A stretch of DNA of 64,000 bases from Acidobacteriota bacterium (GTDB lineage Bacteria; Acidobacteriota; Vicinamibacteria; Vicinamibacterales; UBA2999). Every line of letters starts with the position of its first letter. The stretch's first letter is position 1. Both the position numbers and the translations under genes were made by a program. The notes below the pieces were generated by a model. It was not told the origin of the DNA. It did no database searches and saw only the letters and a list, made by a program, of their open reading frames with translations. The stretch lies in the NCBI GenBank assembly GCA_016190945.1, contig JACPPO010000014.1, positions 6,303 through 70,302 on the forward strand, read 5' to 3'. Shown piece by piece: positions 1-9,354 of the stretch.

Positions 1-1
1 C

Positions 2-670
2 GAGATCGACGCGATCGTCGAAGGCCTGAAAGCGCGGGCGGCCGCACTCTCCGAGCAGGCGGCGGTGCGGATCAAGAGCGGCGAGCGGCTGCGCTCGGCA
101 GGCTTGAGCACGGGCGAGACGGGCCTCGTCCGGGCCGAGGCTCGTGCGGCATTGGATCAAATCGCCGATCGGATCAAGGGTGGCGCCACCGTTCAGGCGC
201 CCTCCGTTGCTCCGCATCCGCCCGCACCCATCGAGCCTGGCTCGCGCGTCACGTCCGACGCCCTCGGCCTCGAGGGTATCGTCATCGAGGTGCACGGCAA
301 GCACGCCGAGGTGGACGTGCGGGGCAAGCGTCTACGCGCCGCGCTGCGCGATCTTCGCGTCATCGAAGGCGCGCCGGCGGTACCGAAGGTCAGCGTCAAG
401 GTGGACCTCCAGCCGCGCGAGGGCCCGCTGTCGGAATTGAACGTCATCGGCGCGGACGTGGACGAGGCGCTGGCGCGGCTGGACAAGTTCCTCGATGCAT
501 CCATGTCTACCGACCTGCGCGAGCTGCGAATCGTCCACGGGCATGGCACCGGGAAGCTACGCCGCGCCGTGGCGGAGTTTCTGAAGAACCATCCGCTCGT
601 GAAGCGGTTCGAACTGGCGCCGCAGAATCAGGGCGGTGGCGGCGCGACGGTGGTGGTGTTAAAAGATTGA
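2..670 (+). CDS. mutS2: Endonuclease MutS2, C-terminal part (5' end lies outside the window)
   Basis: The frame is open from nt 2. It carries a C-terminal Smr domain (LRELRIVHGHGTGKLRRAVAEFLKNHPLV) and ends at TGA 668-670. Confidence 0.8.
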   Translation, partial: EIDAIVEGLKARAAALSEQAAVRIKSGERLRSAGLSTGETGLVRAEARAALDQIADRIKGGATVQAPSVAPHPPAPIEPGSRVTSDALGLEGIVIEVHGKHAEVDVRGKRLRAALRDLRVIEGAPAVPKVSVKVDLQPREGPLSELNVIGADVDEALARLDKFLDASMSTDLRELRIVHGHGTGKLRRAVAEFLKNHPLVKRFELAPQNQGGGGATVVVLKD

Positions 671-2439
671 TGTACATGACGTTGTTCCCGCAGCAGTTCA
701 TCGAGGACCTGAAGCACCACGCCGACATCGTGATCGTCATTCAGGACTACGTGTCGCTGAAGAAGACGGGCGCGACGTACAAGGGGCTCTGCCCGTTTCA
801 CGGCGAGAAGACGCCTTCATTCCATGTCAACCGCGACAAGGGGTTCTTTCACTGCTTTGGATGCGGTGTGGGGGGCGACGTCTTCAAATTTCTCGAGCTC
901 CACGAGAAGATCGGGTTTCAGGACGCGGTCAGGCAGCTCGCGCAGCGCTTCGGGATGACACTGCCGGAGCTCGAACAAAGCGACCAGCAGCGTGCCAGCG
1001 CCGCCGAGCGCGAAGGGCTGCTCAAGGTGCACGAAGCGGCGGACGCGTGGTTCCGCGCGCAGCTTGCGTCCTCGGCCGGCGCACGTATCCGCGACCAGAT
1101 TTCCGGCCGCGGCATCACGGACGCCACGAGCGAGGCGCTCGGGCTGGGGTTCGCGCCGCCCACGCGTGAAGGCCTGAAGCAGGCGCTCGTGAAGCAGGGA
1201 TTCTCCCAGGCGTGGCTGCTCCGTGGCGGGCTGCTCGTCCAGCGTGACGACGGGAGCGTCGTCGACCGCTTTCGGAACCGGCTGATGATTCCCATCAGCC
1301 GTGATACGGGCTCCGTCATCGGGTTTGGCGGTCGCGCCATAGACGCCGATCAGCAGCCAAAGTACCTGAACTCGCCCGAGACCCCGATCTACTCAAAGAG
1401 CCGGACGTTGTACGGGCTGAACCTGAGCAAAGCGGCGATCAGGCAGGGCGGGTTTGCTGTGCTGGTCGAAGGCTATTTTGACTTTGCGCAGGTTTACCAG
1501 GCCGGGTTTCAGGCGGTGATCGCCTCCTGCGGGACGGCCCTGACGGCCGCTCAAGCTCAACAGTTACGCCGTTTCACCGCCAAGGTCGTGCTCAGTTTCG
1601 ACCCCGACGCGGCCGGGCAGGGGGCCACTGCGAAGTCCTGCGAAATGCTGGTAGCTGAAGGGTTTGAGGTTAACGTAGCCATATTGCCGGCCGGGGAAGA
1701 TCCCGATACGTACGTACGAAAGCATGGCCGCCACGGGTACGGCGAGCGCCTGCGCCAATCCCGGCCCTATCTCGAATATCTGCTGGACCGGGCCGCGGCG
1801 GGCCATAACCTGAACACCGACGAAGGCCGGGTCAAGTTTCTGTCCGAAATGTTGCCGATCGCCGGCCGTATTCCAGACGTGACGGTTCGCGACCGCTTTG
1901 CCGACCGCCTCGCCCATAAGGCGCGGATCACGGACGAAGTGGTTCGAGCCGAGATCCGGCGAGCGGCCGCCCAGCGTCAAACCACCGTGACCACACGGGA
2001 ACTGCCGAACTTCGGGCAGGTCACCAAGGCCGAAAAAGGGCTGATTTGGTGGCTTTTCCACGAACCGGAAGCGGCGCTGGCCGCCCTCGATGCCCTGGAC
2101 GACGACGATCTCGAGGGACTGGCCGCCCGCTCGGTGCTGGATCTTGCGCGGAAACTGAACGATGATAGAGGATTCTCGCCAGCCGTCCTTCTCGAGGGTC
2201 TCAGCACTGCGGACTCCCAGCTCGTCACGGCCATTGCGAGCGAGCGGGAACCCCATGTCACGGATGCGGACGGATGCGCGCGAATCATCAAACGGTTGCG
2301 GTGCGAGCGCGAGCACACGGCCATCCAGCGCGAAATCGACCGCCTGCAGGAGCTCGGCGCCGCTGAGCACGGCGATCGCATCGACGCGCTGTGGGCGCGC
2401 AAGCTCGATCTTCTTCAACGGATTGAAGGACTGATTTAG
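670..2439 (+). CDS. dnaG: DNA primase DnaG
   Basis: CHC2 zinc finger (CPFHGEKTPSFHV..FHCFGCGVGGD) and a TOPRIM region (LVEGYFD, SFDPDAAG). ATG 670 overlaps the mutS2 stop (TGATG). TTG 667 and ATG 676 are alternative starts. Confidence 0.93.
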   Translation: MYMTLFPQQFIEDLKHHADIVIVIQDYVSLKKTGATYKGLCPFHGEKTPSFHVNRDKGFFHCFGCGVGGDVFKFLELHEKIGFQDAVRQLAQRFGMTLPELEQSDQQRASAAEREGLLKVHEAADAWFRAQLASSAGARIRDQISGRGITDATSEALGLGFAPPTREGLKQALVKQGFSQAWLLRGGLLVQRDDGSVVDRFRNRLMIPISRDTGSVIGFGGRAIDADQQPKYLNSPETPIYSKSRTLYGLNLSKAAIRQGGFAVLVEGYFDFAQVYQAGFQAVIASCGTALTAAQAQQLRRFTAKVVLSFDPDAAGQGATAKSCEMLVAEGFEVNVAILPAGEDPDTYVRKHGRHGYGERLRQSRPYLEYLLDRAAAGHNLNTDEGRVKFLSEMLPIAGRIPDVTVRDRFADRLAHKARITDEVVRAEIRRAAAQRQTTVTTRELPNFGQVTKAEKGLIWWLFHEPEAALAALDALDDDDLEGLAARSVLDLARKLNDDRGFSPAVLLEGLSTADSQLVTAIASEREPHVTDADGCARIIKRLRCEREHTAIQREIDRLQELGAAEHGDRIDALWARKLDLLQRIEGLI

Positions 2440-2469
2440 GCGGGAAAGCGTTCGGACTCGGGGAGGACT

Positions 2470-4176
<1,707 letters not shown>

Positions 4177-4177
4177 A

Positions 4178-4253
4178 GTAGAAAAGTAATAAAGTGGAAA
4201 AGTGGAAAAGTAAGTTCAAAGTGAGTCCCGGGCGCCTGGCGACTTACTTTTCC
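4178..4253. repeat. AT-rich octamer repeats plus an imperfect palindrome just after the rpoD stop (possible terminator or tRNA upstream element)
   Basis: Tandem GTAGAAAA GTAATAAA GTGGAAAA GTGGAAAA at 4178-4209. GGAAAAGTAAGT (4204-4215) is the exact reverse complement of ACTTACTTTTCC (4242-4253). TGGAAAAGT recurs in inverted orientation to 4270. This is a sharp AT-rich patch in a GC-rich genome. Confidence 0.5.
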
Positions 4254-4295
4254 AGTTTGAACTTTTCCAGTCGTCCACTTGCGCGGAACGCACCC

Positions 4296-4371
4296 GGGCC
4301 CGTAGCTCAGCGGTTAGAGCGGCCGGCTCATAATCGGTTGGTCCCAGGTTCGAATCCTGGCGGGCCCACCA
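4296..4371 (+). tRNA. tRNA with anticodon CAU (elongator tRNA-Met; tRNA-Ile2 not excluded), CCA encoded
   Basis: Folded by hand into a 76-nt cloverleaf: acceptor GGGCCCG/CGGGCCC, D arm GCTC/GAGC, anticodon loop CTCATAA, T arm CCAGG-TTCGAAT-CCTGG, 3' ACCA. The G1-C72 pair argues against an initiator tRNA. Confidence 0.88.
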
Positions 4372-4485
4372 ACCTTCGCCCGCCCTGGGTTGTGAGCGAG
4401 CTACGGTTGCCAAGCCTGCGAGATCACGTCCCGGCCGAGCGAAGGTTGTCCGCCGAAGCCGCAGGCGAAGGCGGACCGATTCCAA

Positions 4486-5232
4486 ATGTCCCCAGATCTC
4501 GACCGCCTCATCAGGCTCCAACAGCTCGATAGCACCATCGAGGATGCGCGGCGTCGGATCGCCGCGCACCCCCGGCGCCTCGCCGAGGCTGATGCGCGTT
4601 TCATTGACGCGCAGCAGCGCCTCGAAACCGCGAGGCAGCGCTTCAAGGACAACCAGGAGGCGCGCCGCGGACTTGAGAAAGACGCGGCCGTCTTTCAGGG
4701 ACGCGTCAGCAAGTTCAAGGACCAGCTCTCCGAAGTCAAGACCAACCGCGAATACCAAGCCCTCCAACACGAGATCGAAACAGCGCAGCGCGACCTCGGC
4801 GCGGTCGAGGAGACGGTCCTCGAGCAGATGATGGCGGCGGACGTGATCGCGGCGGAGATCAAACAAGCGGAATCGGCCGTGGCGACGCATCGGAAGGAGG
4901 CCGATGCCGAGAAAACAACCCTGGGCCATGAGCTGGTGTCGGTGGAGGCGGCGCTGATGGAAGCCTCCCGGGCGCGCGCGTCGCTGCTGGCAAGAACGGA
5001 GCCGCGTCTCATCGCGCTGTTCGAGCACGTGGCCCGGGCACGGAAGGGCGTCGCCATCTGCAGCGCCACGCGCGACGGGCTCTGCTCCGTGTGCCACGTG
5101 CGCCTGCGGCCCCAGGTTTTTCAACTGGTTCGCCAGAACGACAGCATCATTCAATGCGACAGCTGTCAGCGCATCCTCTACTACGTGCCTCCCCCAGCTC
5201 CGGCGGAATCCGCGGTTACCCACACCACGTGA
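4486..5232 (+). CDS. Coiled-coil protein with C-terminal C4 zinc ribbon (COG1579/DUF164-like)
   Basis: Long heptad-like N-terminal region followed by CSATRDGLCSVCHVRL...IIQCDSCQRILY. Its stop overlaps the start of the following RNase H gene, an arrangement known from other phyla. Confidence 0.75.
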   Translation: MSPDLDRLIRLQQLDSTIEDARRRIAAHPRRLAEADARFIDAQQRLETARQRFKDNQEARRGLEKDAAVFQGRVSKFKDQLSEVKTNREYQALQHEIETAQRDLGAVEETVLEQMMAADVIAAEIKQAESAVATHRKEADAEKTTLGHELVSVEAALMEASRARASLLARTEPRLIALFEHVARARKGVAICSATRDGLCSVCHVRLRPQVFQLVRQNDSIIQCDSCQRILYYVPPPAPAESAVTHTT

Positions 5233-5675
5233 ACCAGCCGTCGCTCTTCGGCGCACCGGGCGGCGGCTCCGCGGTCGCGCACATCGACGGCGGGTCGCGC
5301 GGCAACCCGGGCCCGGCCGGCTATGGCGTCCGGATCGAGCGCGCCGACGGGACCGTCGTCGATTTGAAGGAGCCGCTCGGGATCGCCACGAACAACGTGG
5401 CGGAATATCGCGGTCTGCTGGCGGCGCTCGCGTGGGCGGCGCGCCACGGCGTCGACACGCTCCACGTGCGCTCCGATTCCCTCCTGCTGGTGAAGCAGAT
5501 GCGCGGGGAGTATCGCGTAAAGCATGCCGGCCTGCAGCCGCTCTGGGAAGAGGCCCGCGGTCTCTCGCGGCAGATCCGCGAGGTGCGGTTCGAGCACGTG
5601 CGCCGCGAGCTCAATGAGGCCGCCGATCGACTCGCGAACGAGGCGATGGACGAGGCGGCGGCGGCGCCCACGTAG
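5229..5675 (+). CDS. rnhA: Ribonuclease HI family protein
   Basis: Motifs AHIDGGSRGNPGPAGYG, NNVAEYRGLLAAL, VRSDSLLLV and NEAADRLANEA. GTG 5229 overlaps the upstream stop (GTGA). The N-terminal extension in the ORF track (5091) overlaps the previous gene in another frame. Confidence 0.82.
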   Translation: MNQPSLFGAPGGGSAVAHIDGGSRGNPGPAGYGVRIERADGTVVDLKEPLGIATNNVAEYRGLLAALAWAARHGVDTLHVRSDSLLLVKQMRGEYRVKHAGLQPLWEEARGLSRQIREVRFEHVRRELNEAADRLANEAMDEAAAAPT

Positions 5676-5697
5676 GTTACAGATCGAGAGTCAGAGG

Positions 5698-6528
5698 TCA
5701 AATGGCAGGCGGGGTCTGGCGCGAATCGGCCCGCGCGCGAATGACCGCAGCCAAGCGCCCAGCCTTCTCCTTTTCCGCTCGGTAGGAGGTGAGTACGTCG
5801 AGATGCATCGCTGCGCACAGGCCGCAGGCGTAGATCTTTCCTTCCGGCACGCCCTCGAGCATCAGCTGATCGCGGTTGGCGCCGGCCACATCGAGACGTA
5901 GGGACGTCCGCGCCTGGGGTTGCAGACCGCGGCGTGCGGCATCACGTCGCGGCGGGCGTGAGGCGAACCAGCGCTGGATCACGTGACGCGCGTACCCCGC
6001 AGCGGCAAAGGCATCGACGAGGTCGCTCCCCACCTCATAGCAGCAGGGGCCGATGCTCGGGCCGATGGCAGCCACGAGGTGCTCCGGTTTCGCGCCGAAC
6101 GCTCGCCGCAGGGCCTGCACCCCCGCCGCTGCCGCGCCCGCCGCCGTTCCCCGCCATCCGGCATGCACGGCGGCGACCGCACCGGTACTTGAGTCCGCCA
6201 CGAGAAGCGGCACGCAATCCGCCGCGCGCACTGCAATCGCGACGTCCGGGTCGTCCGAGACCAGCACGTCCGCATCTTGCCGCACCAGCGCCCGTGGCAA
6301 CCCGCGCCGGGACGTGGCCACGTCGCGGCCGTGCACCTGGTTCGACGTGACGACCGCAGCGACACCAAGGAAGTCGCCGACACGACGCCATTCATCTGCA
6401 GATGACAACTGCAGTTCACGCGTCGTGAATACGTGGTCGGCGACCCATTCGAGCGGACGGCATTTCAACACCGGTCCGCAGGGCGACTGCATCCAATAGA
6501 ACGATTCGGGGACACCCGGCAGGGTCAT
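5698..6528 (-). CDS. pgeF: Peptidoglycan editing factor PgeF / YfiH (DUF152, laccase-domain) family
   Basis: Motifs SNQVHG, VHAGWRGTAAG, CCYEVG and YACGLCAAMH. I place the start at ATG 6528 (MTLPG..). The longer ORF from 6576 would translate a heptamer DNA repeat. Confidence 0.85.
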   Translation of the reverse strand: MTLPGVPESFYWMQSPCGPVLKCRPLEWVADHVFTTRELQLSSADEWRRVGDFLGVAAVVTSNQVHGRDVATSRRGLPRALVRQDADVLVSDDPDVAIAVRAADCVPLLVADSSTGAVAAVHAGWRGTAAGAAAAGVQALRRAFGAKPEHLVAAIGPSIGPCCYEVGSDLVDAFAAAGYARHVIQRWFASRPPRRDAARRGLQPQARTSLRLDVAGANRDQLMLEGVPEGKIYACGLCAAMHLDVLTSYRAEKEKAGRLAAVIRARADSRQTPPAI

Positions 6529-6539
6529 GGAGGACAGAT

Positions 6540-6567
6540 GGTAGGTGGTAGGTCGTAGGTGGTAGTT
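6540..6567 (+). repeat. Heptamer tandem array GGTAGGT GGTAGGT CGTAGGT GGTAGTT
   Basis: Read directly from the sequence, 12 nt outside the pgeF start. It belongs to the same GGTAGNT family as the arrays at 52118-52180 and 62943-62963. Confidence 0.85.
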
Positions 6568-6666
6568 TATAGCCAAGGGCTCTGCCGGGACATCAAGGGC
6601 GGAGTCCTTGTCTGGTTCAGGTTACATAACTACCGGATACGACTCGCGAACTATCAACTCTCGACT

Positions 6667-7059
6667 ATGGACGTTATCGGCTCCGGCCTCGACGCCACCG
6701 AGATTGCCCGTATCGCAGGCGCGATCGAGCGGTACGGCGACCGGTTCGTGCACCGCGTGTTTACCGAAGAAGAAATCGCGTACTGCCGGCGCAGACGCGA
6801 TGCTGCTTCGTCCTTTGCCGCGCGGTTTGCGGCCAAGGAAGCGGCCATGAAGGCGCTCGGGACCGGGCATTCGCGCGGGGTGTTCTGGCGCGGCATCGAG
6901 GTCTTCCGGCGCGGCGGCCCACCCCAGCTGCGGTTCCATGGCGGTGCGGCGCGGCGGTGTATGTCGATGGGCGCAGACGCTTCACTCCTGACGCTCACCC
7001 ACTCTCGAGATCTGGCGATTGCCCACGTGCTACTGGTACGACACAGCATCGAAGGCTGA
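6667..7059 (+). CDS. acpS: Holo-[acyl-carrier-protein] synthase
   Basis: MDVIGSGLDATEIARI... and FAARFAAKEAAMKALGTG, at typical AcpS length (~130 aa) from ATG 6667. Confidence 0.88.
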   Translation: MDVIGSGLDATEIARIAGAIERYGDRFVHRVFTEEEIAYCRRRRDAASSFAARFAAKEAAMKALGTGHSRGVFWRGIEVFRRGGPPQLRFHGGAARRCMSMGADASLLTLTHSRDLAIAHVLLVRHSIEG

Positions 7060-7224
7060 CAACCGCAGTTAACGTCCGCCCGAGGCCCACTCGGCGCCCC
7101 TCTTGCGGGCGGCCGCAAGCTCCTACCGCTCAGGGTCTTGCGCGTTCGCCTCCTTGCAGGATCCGGCGGTCGCAGCTTTGCCTCCTTTTCCGTCGCCAGC
7201 GTATTGCCACCGACGGAGGGCATC

Positions 7225-7527
7225 GTGATCGTCCATATCACCCCGAACGACAAGAACAACCCACCAGGCAAGCTCGCCGACGCGGAGCTGCATTTCACCG
7301 AAGGCGTGCTGGAAGGGCTGAAACTGATCGGCTTCAGCGTCTGGGAGCGCCGCACGGGCGGGGGCCGAAACGTCACATTTCCGGCGCGCCAGTATTCCGT
7401 CAACGGCGAACGGCGGAGCTTCTCGCTGCTGCGACCGATCGTTGACGCCACTGCGCAGGATCGGGTCCGCGAGGCGATTCTCGAGGCCTACGCGGAGTAC
7501 GAGGAGAAAGCCGCCGTCGCCACATAG
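7225..7527 (+). CDS. Small conserved-looking protein, possibly SpoVG-like
   Basis: GGAGGG Shine-Dalgarno sequence 4 nt before GTG 7225. The pattern GKLADAELHF..GLKLIGFSVWE...GRNVTFPARQ...R..ILEAY resembles the SpoVG layout. The family assignment is tentative. Confidence 0.5.
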   Translation: MIVHITPNDKNNPPGKLADAELHFTEGVLEGLKLIGFSVWERRTGGGRNVTFPARQYSVNGERRSFSLLRPIVDATAQDRVREAILEAYAEYEEKAAVAT

Positions 7528-7542
7528 GAGGAGGAAACGCCG

Positions 7543-9354
7543 CTAACGGAAGCGATCGGTCACGATGCGGTTGGAACGTCGCCCGCGATCTGCCGGATCG
7601 AACAGTCGGACCCGAGTTTCACTGCCCACGTCGGCGCGCGGCAGCCAGTCGAGACCGGCGATGCGGGACCCTGGAAACCTGGCGCGGAGGTCGCCGCTCT
7701 CCCAGTCCTCGACGACCAGGACCGGGGTTCGGCCGAGCGCCGTCAGCGTCGATACCGCCGAATCGAGGTCGACGTTCAGCAGGTCCCAGCGGACGACAGG
7801 CCTGTGCGTGTAGTAGCGAACGCTGGCGCTCTCCTGAACGGCAAGGACGACGGCCGCCGGCGGGAGCGAAGAGTCGAGATACCGGCCTGCGTGGCGATAG
7901 CGAGCTTCGTACCGCCGAAGATTGAACGCCTGCTCGCCGCTCGCAACCATGACGTTCGCCGAACAGACGGCAATGACCGCAACAAGGAGCACGAGCCCGC
8001 GCGCAGGCCGAGGAAGCACCGTCGTGGCGGCAGTCAGCAGCGCGCCTGTCACGACGAACGCCGCTGGAAACGCAGGTAGGAGGAACCGCAGATACGACCA
8101 GTCGGGGAATACGCCGTACGGGAGGTAGCAAGCGAGAAGTGCCAGGGCGACGACCGCCGCAACACGGGCGGAGCCGACAATGCTCGGGCTTGTCTTCCGC
8201 GCCGCGCGGCGGCCGACAGCCAGCAGCGCGGTGGTGGAAATGGCGACCAGGCACAGGGCCGGCGCTTCTCCTCGGACCAGCCGCGACGCGTACTCGTATG
8301 CGTTGGGCCAGACGTTCGATACGGCGAATGACTCCGAGACCTGCCCGTATCCGAAGGTCATCGGGTTCCCATAGAGGCGCCATTGGAGAAGCGAGAGAGT
8401 GGCGAGGGCAGGCGCCACGCCCGCAGCGAACGCCCGCGCTTTGCTCGCCGCCACGGGTGGCTGCGAGCGCGAACGATGCGGCCAGCCTGCCGAGACGGTC
8501 GCCACCACGAGCGCGAGCGGAAGGAGGTTAGGTCGGGTCAGGAGCGCCAGCCCTGCGACCGCGCCGGCGACGATCGCCGCGCCAGGCTGCGGCGAGAGCG
8601 CCAGAAGCAGGGCGAGCGCCCACCAGCCGGTGGCCGCCACATCGCTCATGGGCTGCACCAGTTGGAACAGAAAGATCGGGCTGGTAGCGAGCAGCGCGGC
8701 GGCCACCACACCGGCAGTGCGCGAATGAAGCCTGGCCCCGAGTGCGTACGTGCACCACACCGCGAGGGCGCCGATGAACGGCACGACCGTGAATGGACCC
8801 CAGTCGGCGGCGACGACGTGCGCCGCCGCCATCGTCAGCGGCAGCCCAGGAGGATAGGTCGGCACGATCTCTCCTGGAGAGGGTCCGGGATGGTAGCCGA
8901 GCGGCGAGAACGTCCGCGTGGCGTCGGGCCAGGTAACCTGCCGAGCCAGCGGTTCGTCCTCGGCAACCCGCGCGGATGCGAGCAGTTCCGCCTGGCTGAT
9001 GTACCCCGCAGCGTCGGCGCCGGCAGCGGAATAGGTGCCAAACCCGACGCCCACGCCGGCTGTCGCGCCGCCAAGCACGATTGCCGCAGCGACAGCGTGA
9101 CGCTCGAGCCGTACGCCGATTGACGCCGCGGCGTCAGCGAGGCCTCGGCGCCGGCACAGCAGGGCCGCCGACCCCCACGCGATCAGCGTGATGATCAGCG
9201 GCCCGCGCCAACGGCGCGCGGAGAAATGGAAGGGCCCGGTGTCGACGAGGAAGCCGCCGGTAATGAGGACGATGATGAGCACCAGCAGGGCGCAGGTGCC
9301 GATCGCGATGAATATGCAGCCGAGACTATTGGAGAACCGGGAGGAGGCGCGCAT
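7543..9354 (-). CDS. Polytopic membrane protein, GT-C superfamily-like (ArnT/PMT_2, GT39/83-type)
   Basis: 603 aa with many hydrophobic segments, an early loop GADAAGYISQAELL, YPPGLPL, and a ~130-aa soluble C-terminus. Its start overlaps the stop of the upstream radical-SAM gene by 29 nt. Confidence 0.6.
   Translation of the reverse strand: MRASSRFSNSLGCIFIAIGTCALLVLIIVLITGGFLVDTGPFHFSARRWRGPLIITLIAWGSAALLCRRRGLADAAASIGVRLERHAVAAAIVLGGATAGVGVGFGTYSAAGADAAGYISQAELLASARVAEDEPLARQVTWPDATRTFSPLGYHPGPSPGEIVPTYPPGLPLTMAAAHVVAADWGPFTVVPFIGALAVWCTYALGARLHSRTAGVVAAALLATSPIFLFQLVQPMSDVAATGWWALALLLALSPQPGAAIVAGAVAGLALLTRPNLLPLALVVATVSAGWPHRSRSQPPVAASKARAFAAGVAPALATLSLLQWRLYGNPMTFGYGQVSESFAVSNVWPNAYEYASRLVRGEAPALCLVAISTTALLAVGRRAARKTSPSIVGSARVAAVVALALLACYLPYGVFPDWSYLRFLLPAFPAAFVVTGALLTAATTVLPRPARGLVLLVAVIAVCSANVMVASGEQAFNLRRYEARYRHAGRYLDSSLPPAAVVLAVQESASVRYYTHRPVVRWDLLNVDLDSAVSTLTALGRTPVLVVEDWESGDLRARFPGSRIAGLDWLPRADVGSETRVRLFDPADRGRRSNRIVTDRFR

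Noticed and set aside
4296-4485. The tRNA gene as an integration site for a genomic island.
   Set aside because: No integrase is present, I noticed no direct repeat of the tRNA 3' end downstream, and the flanking genes are conserved housekeeping genes.
4194-4532. A 112-aa ORF spanning the tRNA gene, and the long minus-strand ORF 4216-5256.
   Set aside because: They run through a well-folded tRNA and opposite a gene with a clear zinc-ribbon/coiled-coil product. Neither has family resemblance.
6529-6576. A longer PgeF start at 6576 (MAINYHLRPTTYHLSS..).
   Set aside because: The extension consists solely of the translated heptamer repeat. The family N-terminus is satisfied by ATG 6528.
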